Below, one piece after another: positions 27,175 to 36,807 of a DNA stretch of 64,000 nucleotides; the first letter of the stretch is position 1; each line of letters opens with the position of its first letter. The notes under the pieces are model-generated. The model worked only from the letters and a program-made list of their open reading frames with translations. It made no database searches and was not told the DNA's origin. The stretch is from an uncultured Methanomassiliicoccales archaeon. GTDB taxonomy: Archaea > Thermoplasmatota > Thermoplasmata > RBG-16-68-12 > EA-27. Location: positions 7,134 through 71,133 of the forward strand of contig CAYNEM010000014.1 of the NCBI GenBank assembly GCA_964396265.1, in the 5' to 3' direction. The position numbers and the translations under genes were made by a program.

Positions 27175-29043
27175 ATGGACTATCATGCCCTCGGCCTCAG
27201 GTGCGGCCTCGAGGTCCACCAGCAGCTCGACACCCTCAAGCTGTTCTGCTCAGACCGGTCCGAGCTGTCGGAAGAGGTCAACCACGAATTCCGCCGTCGC
27301 CTCCGGCCTACGCAGTCCGAACTCGGTGAGGTCGACGCCGCCGCGATCGAAGAGGCAAAGCGCAACCTCGCGTTCATCTACCAAGCCACCTCGAACACGT
27401 GCCTCGTCGAGGCGGACGAGGAGCCGCCGCACCCGTGCAACGAGGAGGCACTCGACGTCGCGCTGACGTTCGCGCTCCTGGTGAACGCCCGGGTCTTCGA
27501 CGAGATCCACTTTATGCGAAAGATCGTAATCGACGGGTCGAACACCACGGGCTTCCAGCGCAGCGCCCTCGTCGCCGCAGACGGATGGTTCGAGCTCGAC
27601 GGCAAGCGCTACGGGGTGCCATCGATCCTCCTCGAGGAGGATGCAGCGAGGAAGATCGAGGAGCGGGATGGCGAGGTCGTCTACCGTCTCGACCGCCTTG
27701 GCATCCCGCTCATCGAGGTGAACACGACCCCGAACATCGAGGCCCCCGACGAGGCCGCCAAGGTCGCGCTGCGCATCGGGACGCTCCTCCGGACAACGCG
27801 CAAGGTGAAGCGCGGGATCGGGACGATCCGCGAGGACGTGAACGTCAGCATCACGGGCGGCACGCGGACGGAGACGAAGGGCGTCCAGGAACTGCGGATG
27901 ATCTCGACGTTCGTGGAGCGGGAGGTCGCGCGGCAGCGGATGCTCCTCGACGTCGCGCACGAGCTGTCAGCCCGCGGGGCGCGGAGACCCGAGGCGGCGG
28001 TCCACGACGTCACGGACACGTTCGCCGCCACGAAATCGAAGGTCGTCGCAAGCGCAATCTCTTCTGGCGGCAAGGTGCTCGGGACTACGCTGCCTAGCTT
28101 CGCGGGACTCCTCAAGGGGAAGCTCGGGCCCGAGCTGGCGGCGCGTGCGCGGATCGCCGGCGTTGGCGGCATCCTGCACTCGGACGAGCTGCCTGCGATG
28201 GGCGTCACCCCCGCGGAGGTCGCCGCGGTCGCCGAGCGTTTGGCGGTAGGTCCGCGAGACGCGTTCGTCCTTGTCGCGACGGACGAGCGCCGGGGACGGC
28301 TCGCACTGCACGAGGTCGCGAACCGCGCGGCCGAGGCCCTCCACGGAGTCCCCCCTGAGACGAGGGATCCGCGGGCGGACGGGACGACGGTCTACTCGCG
28401 ACCGCTGCCGGGCCGCGCGCGCATGTACCCGGAGACGGACGTGCCGCCAATCCGCGTCACGCGGGAGAGACTCGAACGCCTTCGCGCCCTCATCCCGGAG
28501 ATGCCCGAGGTTCGCCTCGAGCGGCTCGTCGCGACGCATCGACTACCGCGCCAGCAGGCGGCCCAACTGATCGAGGATGGACTGGACGAGGCGTTCGAGG
28601 CCCTGGAGAGGGAGTCCGAGGAGCCGCAGGTCGCTGCCAATGCCCTCACGTACCACTTTGCGGAAATCCGGCGTGAGGGTCTCGATGTCGACGCAATCCC
28701 CCTCCACCGACTGCGCGAGCTGTTCGCCATGCTCCGGGACGGCGCCTTCGCCAAGGAAGCGATCCCAGGCCTCCTGCGGGAGATGGCGCGGGACCGGACG
28801 GACGCGGGGACAGCCGCCAAAGCGCTCGGGCTTGCGGTAGTGCCAGAGGCGGAGCTCGATGCAGCGCTCGACGCGATCGTGGCGGCGCACGGGCCGATGA
28901 TCCGCGAGCGTGGGGAGAGAGCCCTGCCCGCCCTCATGGGCGTCGCGATGGGGCAGCTCCGCGGCAGGGCGGACGGCAGCGTGATCAGCGAGAAACTGCG
29001 GTCGAGAATCGCCGCCAAAATCGCCTCGGACGAGGGGCGCTGA
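27175..29043 (+). CDS. gatE: Glutamyl-tRNA(Gln) amidotransferase subunit E
   Basis: GatB/GatE catalytic core (GLEVHQQL). GatE-specific insertion domain and C-terminal YqeY-like domain. Confidence 0.85.
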   Translation: MDYHALGLRCGLEVHQQLDTLKLFCSDRSELSEEVNHEFRRRLRPTQSELGEVDAAAIEEAKRNLAFIYQATSNTCLVEADEEPPHPCNEEALDVALTFALLVNARVFDEIHFMRKIVIDGSNTTGFQRSALVAADGWFELDGKRYGVPSILLEEDAARKIEERDGEVVYRLDRLGIPLIEVNTTPNIEAPDEAAKVALRIGTLLRTTRKVKRGIGTIREDVNVSITGGTRTETKGVQELRMISTFVEREVARQRMLLDVAHELSARGARRPEAAVHDVTDTFAATKSKVVASAISSGGKVLGTTLPSFAGLLKGKLGPELAARARIAGVGGILHSDELPAMGVTPAEVAAVAERLAVGPRDAFVLVATDERRGRLALHEVANRAAEALHGVPPETRDPRADGTTVYSRPLPGRARMYPETDVPPIRVTRERLERLRALIPEMPEVRLERLVATHRLPRQQAAQLIEDGLDEAFEALERESEEPQVAANALTYHFAEIRREGLDVDAIPLHRLRELFAMLRDGAFAKEAIPGLLREMARDRTDAGTAAKALGLAVVPEAELDAALDAIVAAHGPMIRERGERALPALMGVAMGQLRGRADGSVISEKLRSRIAAKIASDEGR

Positions 29044-29082
29044 CCCGCCAATCTACTCCATAGAAAACGGCGAAGGGAACCT

Positions 29083-29089
29083 ATTTAAC
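29083..29089 (+). promoter_or_regulatory. TATA box (TATTTAA) with purine-rich BRE-like element upstream, about 25 nt before ATG 29111 (leaderless transcript)
   Basis: Read from sequence. Spacing typical of archaeal promoters. Confidence 0.35.
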
Positions 29090-29110
29090 ACCGCACCCTA
29101 TTCGGCGCGC

Positions 29111-29737
29111 GTGGTCGCCATGCCAAAGCGAGGGACTAAGGGGAGCGATTGGTTCGACTCCCTCGACGCGGAACTCCGGAAACAGACTGCGGACATCCTG
29201 GAGGACGTCGGCCAGCAGACGTCGAAGCGCGGGGAGATGAACAAAGCCCTCATCGAGGACGCGTGGAAAATCTGGAAGCGGTTCGCTGCCGCAAACGTCC
29301 ACCTCACCCTCGAGCCGAACTACGACCGGTGGGCGATCTTCGACGAGGCGTTCCCCGACGGCGCCTGGCACTGGCGGGAGGCGTTCAGCGCGGCGGGGGT
29401 GAGCGCGATCAGCCTCACGGACCGCACGCCGGACCAGGGACGCGTGGGCGACTCCCTGAAGGTCACGTACGCCGAGACCGACGGGAAGACGAGGCTCCGA
29501 GTCACGTTCGAATACTGCGAAGGTGAGCACTATTACAAGTACTCTGGCTGGAAGCGCATCTGGTCCATCCACACGCTCCTCGACGCGTCCGTCGACCGCA
29601 TCGACATGGACCAAGTACACAAGGTGTTCGCGGACGTCGTGAAGGCGTGGTTCGAGAGCCACCTGCGTCGGAACCGCGACATCCTGATCCGCCACCTCAA
29701 GAAGTCCTATGAGCGCGTGGAGACGTTCAACCAGTAG
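29111..29737 (+). CDS. Hypothetical protein
   Basis: 208-aa ORF with high GC3 and W-rich soluble composition. No recognised domain. Confidence 0.45.
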   Translation: MVAMPKRGTKGSDWFDSLDAELRKQTADILEDVGQQTSKRGEMNKALIEDAWKIWKRFAAANVHLTLEPNYDRWAIFDEAFPDGAWHWREAFSAAGVSAISLTDRTPDQGRVGDSLKVTYAETDGKTRLRVTFEYCEGEHYYKYSGWKRIWSIHTLLDASVDRIDMDQVHKVFADVVKAWFESHLRRNRDILIRHLKKSYERVETFNQ

Positions 29738-31195
29738 TCACGTGACCTCGAGGACGAGTTCCCAAAGTCCCGGCGATTCCTCGTACGTGCGGGCGCGGTA
29801 CCGCGCGAACCGAAGTCCGGGGTCGACGAGTTCCTCCGGGTTCCCGCCCGTGGCGGTCACGCTGACAAGGAGGTACGAACCCCCGGGACCTGCCGTGGGC
29901 CACGTGATGCTGAACTCGTCGAGGAAGCAGCCCGGGCATCCCAAGGGGAGGTTCCGAAACGGGTCCCGGACCGTCAGCGTGAGGAACGTCCTGTTCCCGG
30001 ACTGCGTGACGTTCAGGAAGTCACCCTCGTCTTCCGGACGCGCGATTTGAAGGGTGACGAGGCGCGGGTTCGGCCGCTCCCCACCGTCGAACCACACCGT
30101 CCCGGAGGAGTCGATCCGCCCGTCGGAGACGTTCCACAGTGTGGCGTTCATCATGGCCCTGGCGAGCAACCCCGCCTCCGGGCTCCAGAACGTGAAGTCC
30201 GCGCGGTCCTCGAACGTCGCGAACGCGCGGCGCTCCAGGGGAGACCGAAGATCCGGGACGCCTTTCATCCGGAACTCGAGCTCGACGTCCTGCGCGGCCG
30301 TCAAGACCACGCGCACGTTGATCGCTTGTGGATTCGCGAGATCCCGTTCCGCGCCGAGCGGCGGCTCCCCGATGAGCAGGTGGTCCGCGGATTCCGAGGT
30401 GATGCCGAACGCGAACCACACCGGGAAGACGAGGACGGCCGCGACCGCGAGGGGAGCCCACCGGCCGGAGGGCCGCTCCAAGGGCGGCAGCTCCTGCGCG
30501 TCCTTCGAGAGGCGGAAGCCCCCGAAGAAGAGGGCCGATCCGATCATGACGAGGAGCAGCACGTAGGTGATCACCGATACGGGTGCGACGACGGCGCCCA
30601 GGGCGTTGGGGATCGCCGCGACCGGGAGGGGGATGGTCCAGAACAGCATGACGTACGCGAGCTGGCGGCGGAGGGACAGCGCGGGCGCCACGAGCCGGAG
30701 AACCTCCACGCTGATGGCGTAGCCGACCGCCACTGCCCAGAGGGCGCCGACGGCAAGGAGCGCAAGGCCGAGGTGGGGTGCGCCGATGATCCGGACGACC
30801 TCTGCAGGATCGCCGCCGGTGGCCCCGAAGACCCCGAGGCCGAGGTAGGCGAAGGAATAGACGAGGAGGATCTCCAGCAGGGCAAGGACGAAGAGACGCC
30901 CGACGAACGTCCGCGCCCGCGGGTAGGCACGGAAGAGGACGACGCCGACGAGAATCTCCATGAGGATCCCGGCGAGGACGACGAGCACGCGCAACGCATC
31001 GGGCGTGACCCGCGGGAGGTGTATGAGCGCGAACCCCGACGCTGGCGAGATGTACACACCGTAGAACGAACCCCCAGCGAGCGCCGCGAAGAGGCCATGG
31101 CCCAGGACCTCGTGGAGCCCGACGCCGAGCCAGCGGCTCACGAGGAACGCCGCAAGCGCGAGGAGGGCGAACGGCACGGGGCGCCGCGGGTCCAC
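29738..31195 (-). CDS. Polytopic membrane zinc metalloprotease candidate (HExxH within the first TM region, M50/S2P-like) with large C-terminal extracytoplasmic domain
   Basis: LHEVLGHGL motif in an N-terminal hydrophobic segment. About 8 TM helices, then about 230 aa of soluble domain. GTG start at 31195. Family assignment tentative. Confidence 0.45.
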   Translation of the reverse strand: MDPRRPVPFALLALAAFLVSRWLGVGLHEVLGHGLFAALAGGSFYGVYISPASGFALIHLPRVTPDALRVLVVLAGILMEILVGVVLFRAYPRARTFVGRLFVLALLEILLVYSFAYLGLGVFGATGGDPAEVVRIIGAPHLGLALLAVGALWAVAVGYAISVEVLRLVAPALSLRRQLAYVMLFWTIPLPVAAIPNALGAVVAPVSVITYVLLLVMIGSALFFGGFRLSKDAQELPPLERPSGRWAPLAVAAVLVFPVWFAFGITSESADHLLIGEPPLGAERDLANPQAINVRVVLTAAQDVELEFRMKGVPDLRSPLERRAFATFEDRADFTFWSPEAGLLARAMMNATLWNVSDGRIDSSGTVWFDGGERPNPRLVTLQIARPEDEGDFLNVTQSGNRTFLTLTVRDPFRNLPLGCPGCFLDEFSITWPTAGPGGSYLLVSVTATGGNPEELVDPGLRFARYRARTYEESPGLWELVLEVT

Positions 31196-31226
31196 GGGTG
31201 CGCGAAGGGGTGCGGACCTTATGGCC

Positions 31227-31760
31227 CTACCGCTTCTTCTTGGGCGGCGGTGGCTTGAGCCCGAGGTTCTTCGCGAGCTTCCTCCACTCCTTGTCGTCGA
31301 GCCACATGACCTTGAGGTACTCTAGGATGTCCTTGTCCGTCATCCCGATCCTGCGGCCCTCCGCGATGCACGTGCGGTACGCCTCGAGCTCTGTCGGGCG
31401 GTTCTCGTACGTCCACCGGTTGTGGAACAGCGGCCGGCCGTCCCAGTGCTGCTTCACGTGCACGAGCTCGTGGACGACGTCGAGGTAGATGTCCCGAGGG
31501 TTGCCCGTCTTCAGGTAGTGCGCGGAGACGAGGAGGTGCCCGTCCTTGTCGGAGACGCCCATATAGCCCCAGCGCGAGGAGAAGAACTCGATGTCGATTC
31601 TGCGCAGGGCCTCGGCCGTTTTCGGGCCGAAGATCTTCTGTACGGCCTCCACGTTCTCGAACCCCTTGAAGAACTCCGTGAAGCGGTGGTACTTCACGGG
31701 GACCGTTCGCGGGATCGTCACCCCGACGGACCGCGGGTTGAACCTCTTCGCCTTCGCCAT
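31227..31760 (-). CDS. DUF45/YgjP-like (M48/WLM-related) HExxH metal-dependent hydrolase with basic termini
   Basis: SSRWGYMGV...DIYLDVVHELVHVKQH resembles the WGSC...vvvHELcHl core of DUF45. ATG verified at 31760. Lys-rich C-terminus. Confidence 0.45.
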   Translation of the reverse strand: MAKAKRFNPRSVGVTIPRTVPVKYHRFTEFFKGFENVEAVQKIFGPKTAEALRRIDIEFFSSRWGYMGVSDKDGHLLVSAHYLKTGNPRDIYLDVVHELVHVKQHWDGRPLFHNRWTYENRPTELEAYRTCIAEGRRIGMTDKDILEYLKVMWLDDKEWRKLAKNLGLKPPPPKKKR

Positions 31761-31824
31761 GCCGCGCGGGAAGTCCGGCTCCGCTTTGAACCTGCGCCCG
31801 TCGCGGGGCCTCGCGGGGAAAAGT

Positions 31825-31843
31825 GGGCCGGTGCAACCGGCCC
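31825..31843 (-). terminator. Perfect 7-bp stem-loop GGGCCGG-ttgca-CCGGCCC followed by a short T run, 7 nt after the stop of the small Cys-rich ORF
   Basis: Inverted repeat read directly. On the minus strand it is followed by ACTTTTCCCC. Confidence 0.35.
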
Positions 31844-31850
31844 GTTCGCT

Positions 31851-31943
31851 TCAACAACAGGCCCCCCCGCCGCAGCAGCAACCCGAGCAACACTGCGCGC
31901 TCGCTGCCTTGGCGGTGGGCTCCGCTTCGTTCTTGTCGTTCAT
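31851..31943 (-). CDS. Candidate 30-aa small protein with cysteine-rich C-terminus (MNDKNEAEPTAKAASAQCCSGCCCGGGACC)
   Basis: ATG 31943 is preceded by AGGAAG at -8 to -13. The stop is followed by a hairpin. 8 of the last 14 residues are Cys. Not in the supplied ORF track because it is below the size cut-off. I translated it by hand. Confidence 0.35.
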   Translation of the reverse strand: MNDKNEAEPTAKAASAQCCSGCCCGGGACC

Positions 31944-31974
31944 GTTATCTACTTCCTGTTAGGGGTAGAGAAGT

Positions 31975-31980
31975 TTAAGT
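31975..31980 (+). promoter_or_regulatory. TATA-like element (TTTAAG) about 27 nt upstream of the trmB-like ATG, implying a leaderless transcript
   Basis: Spacing to ATG 32006. Confidence 0.35.
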
Positions 31981-32005
31981 ACTCTCCCTTCGGTGTTCTC
32001 AGGAG

Positions 32006-32818
32006 ATGTCGGAAGTCCGCCCTCGGGCGAACGTACTGCTCGAGGAGGCCGCGAAAGGCTCTCGAACCGAAATCGCCGCCACATTACGCGACTTCGGATT
32101 CTCCGGGTACGCCGCGAACGCGTTCTGCGCCCTCGTGCGCCTTCCGGAGGCGACGGCAGGGGACCTCGTGACGAAGACGGGGATTCCGGACTCGAAGATC
32201 TACTACGCGCTCGCGGAGCTTGTGGAACGCGGGCTCGCGGCGGTGCAGCCAGGGAAGCCGAAGTTGTACCGCGCAGTGCCACCAAAGGACGTGGCCGCGC
32301 ACCTGGGCCGCATCCTCGACGCAAAGTACGACCGGGAGCGGTCCGCGGTGACACGGGTGACGTCTCTCCTCGAACCGCTTCAGTCCGCAGCCAAGTCGCC
32401 TACGATAGACCTCGCGTACGTCGTGAAGGGGCTCGCGAACGTCCTCGCGCGAGCGCAGGCGATGATCGCATCCGCGCGTACGGAGGTCGTCGTGCTCGCG
32501 TCGGACGAGCGCTTCTTTCGGAAACTCGAACCAGACCTGGCGAGGGTCGCTCGCCGCCGGGTGAAGCTGAAGTTGGCGGTGCCGAAGATGGGGCTCGACA
32601 AGGACCTCGCGAAGGTCGCAGAAGTCCGGGCAATCCAGTGCGATTGTCTGATCCTCGTCGTGGACGAACAGCAAGTGCTGACCGTCTCCGGCACGGACGG
32701 TGAGTCCCCGTACGGGATCACGTCGACCGACGAAACCCTCGTGCGCCTCGGCTTGGAGTACTGGGAGAGCCCCCGGTGTTGCGTCGCGAACACACCGATT
32801 CGGAAGGCGATCGGGTAG
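32006..32818 (+). CDS. TrmB-family transcriptional regulator
   Basis: N-terminal wHTH with the TrmB signature (LGFSGYAANAFCALVRL..ATAGDLVTKTGIPDSKIYYALAELVERGL). C-terminal TrmB-type effector domain. Confidence 0.7.
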   Translation: MSEVRPRANVLLEEAAKGSRTEIAATLRDFGFSGYAANAFCALVRLPEATAGDLVTKTGIPDSKIYYALAELVERGLAAVQPGKPKLYRAVPPKDVAAHLGRILDAKYDRERSAVTRVTSLLEPLQSAAKSPTIDLAYVVKGLANVLARAQAMIASARTEVVVLASDERFFRKLEPDLARVARRRVKLKLAVPKMGLDKDLAKVAEVRAIQCDCLILVVDEQQVLTVSGTDGESPYGITSTDETLVRLGLEYWESPRCCVANTPIRKAIG

Positions 32819-32846
32819 AGCGGCCTGGCGCCGGACGGAAGCCCGG

Positions 32847-34829
32847 TCACCCAGTCGGCGGCGGCGGAGGCATCGGCGGCTGCGCCGGGGGGGTTTGCCC
32901 CTGCGGCTGCGTCGGTGGCTTCGTCTTCGGACGGAGTTGGCGCCACGCGGTGAAGGCGAGGAAGCCCACGATGGCGAGCGCGATCGCGAGGATCACGAGG
33001 AACGCCCAGAGCGCGGCGATCGAGGAGGACGAGCGCACGGTGATCGTCATCTGGACCGTGTCCCAGTTCCCGGCTTCGTCCGCGACCGTCACCGTGACGG
33101 TGTACGTCCCGGCCGCCGCGTACGCGTGGGAGACGGCGGCTTCCGTCGAGGGCGTGCCGTCCCCGAAGTCCCATGCGTAGGACGCGACCCCGACATTGTC
33201 CGACGACGCGCCTGCGTCGAAGAAGAGGAATTGTCCCTCGTCGACCGTCCGGTCGCCGCCGCCCCTGACCACCGGGTCCTCCGTGTCGAGCGCCGTGACG
33301 ACGGCGGAGTCGATTCCTGCGTTCCCGGAACGATCCCGCACGGTGAGCGTGGCGGTGAATGTGCCAGCCATAGGATAGATGTGGGTCGCCGCGACACCGG
33401 TCGCACCGGTGCCGTCGCCGAAGTCCCATTCGTACGTCGCAATGCCCAGGTTGTCTGTGGATGCCGACCCGTCGAACGACGCCATCGTGCCCTGCGCCTG
33501 CGAGCGGGCGCCGCCCGCGTTCGCGACTGGCGCATGGAGGTCCAGGACGGCTGCGAACACGTCCTGCCCGGAGACGCGCTCGTCGAGCCACGCCGCGAAC
33601 ACATCCCCACCCGGGGACACCGCGACGGACGGGTTCGCCTGGTCGTTGCTCCAGAACGTGTCGTCGTTCGCCCTCCGGTCCGTGCCCCACACCACGCCGT
33701 CGGGGGAGGCGTCCGCGTAGACGTCGAAGCCGGTCGAGCCCCAGGTCCGCGCGTCGGACCACATGACCTGGACCGTGCCCACGCCGGTGGCCAAGCTGGG
33801 ACTTCCTTGGAACGTCGAGCCGAGGTCGTCATTGACCTTCACGTTCGCCGTGAACGTGGCCCCGGAGTTCGAGGATCGCGTCGTGTAGATGTCCGGGCCG
33901 GTCAGTGCGTCCCGGTAGTCCGTCCACGTGACGAAGATGACGCCGCTCGCGTTGACCGCGAGGGCCGCACTGTCCTGCGTCGTGCCGCCGCTGTCGTCGT
34001 TCACGAAGATGTTCGGGGTCCACGTCACGCCGAGGTCCGTGGACTTCGAGAAGTAGATGTCGCGCCCGCGGGCTCCGTTCCGCGGATCGTCCCAGGCGAC
34101 GTACACAGACCGGTCCGAGGCGACCGCGATCACGGGGCGGGCCTGCTCGACGCCGGTGGCGTCATTGTTCACCCGGGCGCTCGGGTTGAAGCTCAAACCG
34201 CTGTCGGTGGAGTTCGAGTAATAGATGTCGGGGCCGGTCGTCACGGCGTTCCGGTTGTCCTCCCAGACCGCGTGGATCAAACCAGAGCCGTCGACGGCGA
34301 CGTCCGCGTTGACCTGGAAATTCACCGTGATGTCGTTGGCCCGCACATTCGGCGAGAAGCTGAGGCCCCCGTCGGTCGACTTCGAGTAGTAGATGTCCGT
34401 GGTCCCGGCACGGTCGTCGGTCCACACGATGTGGATCGTCCCGAAACCGTCGAGGAACAGGGACGGGCGCGTCTGGGTGGCGCCGCCGGCGTCATTGTTC
34501 ACCTTCATCGCGGCGGTCCACGTTTGACCTCCGTCCAACGACTTCGCGAAGAAAATGTCATTGCGCGTAGAGGAGCCTCCCCAGCCGGCGTAGGCGACGT
34601 GCAGGACGCTGCCGCTCACGGCAAGCGAGGGCTGGAACGCCGTGTAGGCGGGCGGGGTGTTCACCTTCACATTGGGGCCGAACCAAGGCGCGACCTGGGG
34701 TGCGGCGGACGCGGGCGTGGCGAATTGCATCGCCGCCAGGGCCGTCAGCAGTACCGCCAACAATCCGACGATTACATGGGACACAGGGGAGGGATGGGAA
34801 GCCATTGGGGAACCTCCGAGAGGGGCCAC
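32847..34829 (-). CDS. Secreted BNR/Asp-box repeat (sialidase-like beta-propeller) protein with two PKD domains, TM anchor and Pro-rich tail
   Basis: Signal peptide. Many S/T-x-D-x-G-x-T/S-W/F motifs (SLDGGQTW, STDGGLSF, STDLGVTW and others). Two WDFGDGT PKD signatures. C-terminal TM helix plus PPMPPPPPTG. Confidence 0.65.
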   Translation of the reverse strand: MAPLGGSPMASHPSPVSHVIVGLLAVLLTALAAMQFATPASAAPQVAPWFGPNVKVNTPPAYTAFQPSLAVSGSVLHVAYAGWGGSSTRNDIFFAKSLDGGQTWTAAMKVNNDAGGATQTRPSLFLDGFGTIHIVWTDDRAGTTDIYYSKSTDGGLSFSPNVRANDITVNFQVNADVAVDGSGLIHAVWEDNRNAVTTGPDIYYSNSTDSGLSFNPSARVNNDATGVEQARPVIAVASDRSVYVAWDDPRNGARGRDIYFSKSTDLGVTWTPNIFVNDDSGGTTQDSAALAVNASGVIFVTWTDYRDALTGPDIYTTRSSNSGATFTANVKVNDDLGSTFQGSPSLATGVGTVQVMWSDARTWGSTGFDVYADASPDGVVWGTDRRANDDTFWSNDQANPSVAVSPGGDVFAAWLDERVSGQDVFAAVLDLHAPVANAGGARSQAQGTMASFDGSASTDNLGIATYEWDFGDGTGATGVAATHIYPMAGTFTATLTVRDRSGNAGIDSAVVTALDTEDPVVRGGGDRTVDEGQFLFFDAGASSDNVGVASYAWDFGDGTPSTEAAVSHAYAAAGTYTVTVTVADEAGNWDTVQMTITVRSSSSIAALWAFLVILAIALAIVGFLAFTAWRQLRPKTKPPTQPQGQTPPAQPPMPPPPPTG

Positions 34830-34975
34830 CGTTTCGCCTCTCTCTACTTAAGCGGAGCGGTGCGGTTATCGAATCGCGCACGCAACGTTCTCCCACCGAC
34901 CGAGCCCCCTGGGCCGTGCGTCGTCGCGCTGGAAATCCGGGGGGACCCACCTCGGGGACGAGGGACTCTGACGAA

Positions 34976-36220
34976 ATGTATATCCGACATTCGCGGCATC
35001 GCCCCGGCCCCATGACGCGCGTCGCGTGCGGGCACTGCGAACAGATCCGCCTCGCGGACCGGAGGTACCGCGCAAAGCCCGCGAGGCACGACCTCGACTC
35101 CTCGTTCCCGCGGTGCGACATCCACTGGCGGTACGTCTGCGACACTTGTGGCCGCAGCCACCACTTCAACGGGGTCGCGTGGTGCCCCACTGCGAAGAGG
35201 TTCCTGTGCATCCGATGCGCCCGCCGACACCGAGCGGTTCGCCGGGCTTTCTGGCGGTGGACATACTACTATGCGCTGGACTGCCCGACGTGCGGCCGCG
35301 AGCACCCGGTGCTCGATCGACTTGAGTTCGAGAAGCGACATCCGTGGCAGAAGCGCCCCGAGTTCGCCCGCCAGAAACGCGGCCTGAGCCCGGAGAAGGA
35401 GATTGTCCCCCCGTGGTCATATTCCCTCGTCGAAACCCCGGACGACGTCACGGACCTGAAGATCGCGGCCCAGTGGGATGCGCTCGCGGACGTCTGGACC
35501 TCCGGATACACGGAGTTCGGAGACGTGAACAGGCGATACGTGATCGACCCCGTCCTGTTCGACCTCCTGGGCGATGTCAAGGGTCTCCGCATCTTCGACG
35601 CCGGCTGCGGTTCCGGATACCTGACGCGCCTCCTCGCGAAGAAGGGCGCGGTCGTGCACGGGCAGGACATCTCGAAGAAGTTCATCGGGCTGGCGATGGA
35701 GATGGAGCGCAGGGAACCGCTCGGGGTCCGATACCGGCTCGGCAGCATCGTCGACCTCGGAGCGTACGGGAAGGGGAGCTTCGACATCGTCGTCTCGAAC
35801 CTCGTCCTCCAGGACGTCCGGGATTACCGGAAGGCGCTCGCTGCGATCGCGCGGATCCTCACGCCGGGCGGGCGTCTCGTCTTCTCGATCATGCATCCCG
35901 CCTTCGCGACGCCGCCAATCCGGGGATGGGTCCAGGAGCCTCGGGACTCGAACCGAAACGAGGACCGCCAGTACGTGAAGGTGGACCGGTACTTCGACCG
36001 GACGACGGAGGCGTGGGGCTTCGGGGACGGTCCCCGGGTGACGAGCTTCCACCGCCCGCTGCGCGACTACTTCGAGGCGCTGTCGGGCGCGGGATTCGTG
36101 GTCCGCCGGTTGGAGGAGCCCATCCCGCCCCCGGAAGCGATCGAGGCGCGGCCGCGGGACTTCATGAACGAGTACGACCGTGTGCCGCTCTTCCTGGTCC
36201 TGGAAGCGGTGAAGACCTAG
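34976..36220 (+). CDS. Class I SAM-dependent methyltransferase with N-terminal multi-CxxC zinc-finger domain
   Basis: Motif I DAGCGSGYLT plus post-I acidic residue. Several CxxC/CxxH pairs in the first 110 aa. ATG at 34976. Confidence 0.7.
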   Translation: MYIRHSRHRPGPMTRVACGHCEQIRLADRRYRAKPARHDLDSSFPRCDIHWRYVCDTCGRSHHFNGVAWCPTAKRFLCIRCARRHRAVRRAFWRWTYYYALDCPTCGREHPVLDRLEFEKRHPWQKRPEFARQKRGLSPEKEIVPPWSYSLVETPDDVTDLKIAAQWDALADVWTSGYTEFGDVNRRYVIDPVLFDLLGDVKGLRIFDAGCGSGYLTRLLAKKGAVVHGQDISKKFIGLAMEMERREPLGVRYRLGSIVDLGAYGKGSFDIVVSNLVLQDVRDYRKALAAIARILTPGGRLVFSIMHPAFATPPIRGWVQEPRDSNRNEDRQYVKVDRYFDRTTEAWGFGDGPRVTSFHRPLRDYFEALSGAGFVVRRLEEPIPPPEAIEARPRDFMNEYDRVPLFLVLEAVKT

Positions 36221-36807
36221 CCGCGGGACTCGACCGCCGCCGGGCTCGGCTTCATCTGATCGGCGATCGGCTCGATCTGGTAATCGAGGACCTCGGCCAG
36301 GATCTGCTTCGCGAGCGCGGTGAACACGCTCTCGACGCCGCGCCTCGTCTTGGCGCTCGTGTAGAACCAGAACACGTCCTTCATCCCGAACAGCTTCTCG
36401 ATCTCCTCGTCGCTCGGCCGCTGCATGAGCTCGGGGAGGAGGTCGATCTTGTTCACGGCGTAAACGACGGGCACGTCCCCGACGGCGCTGCGCACCCACT
36501 CGACCCACGTCTCGACTGCGTCCCACGTCGATGGCCGGGCGAGGTCCGCGACCGCGATTACGCCCTGGGCGCCGAGCAGGTACGACTCGCGGAGTTCGTC
36601 GCGCACGAACCGCTCCCCCATGATGTCCCACAGGGTCATGTCCACGCGCACGTGCTTGTCGACCTCGAGGCCGCGGAAGTGCAGCTCGCGCTTCGTGACG
36701 CGCGCGCCCAGGGTGGCGGCGTACGCCTCGTTGAAGATGTCGAGGACGAAGCGGCGGACCAGGCTCGTCTTCCCGACGGCGGCCTCGCCGACCATGCAGA
36801 CCTTCAT
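36217..36807 (-). CDS. Ras/Rab-like small GTPase
   Basis: G1 GEAAVGKTS, G2 Thr, G3 WDIMGERF (Rab-like WDTAGQERF), G4 NKID. ATG at 36807. 4-bp convergent overlap with the methyltransferase stop. Confidence 0.7.
   Translation of the reverse strand: MKVCMVGEAAVGKTSLVRRFVLDIFNEAYAATLGARVTKRELHFRGLEVDKHVRVDMTLWDIMGERFVRDELRESYLLGAQGVIAVADLARPSTWDAVETWVEWVRSAVGDVPVVYAVNKIDLLPELMQRPSDEEIEKLFGMKDVFWFYTSAKTRRGVESVFTALAKQILAEVLDYQIEPIADQMKPSPAAVESRG

Noticed and set aside
29150-29165. tRNA T-loop-like strings (GGTTCGACTCC at about 29150, TCGAATCC at about 25965)
   Set aside because: Embedded in well-supported protein-coding frames with no acceptor or anticodon stem context. No tRNA or rRNA found in the window.
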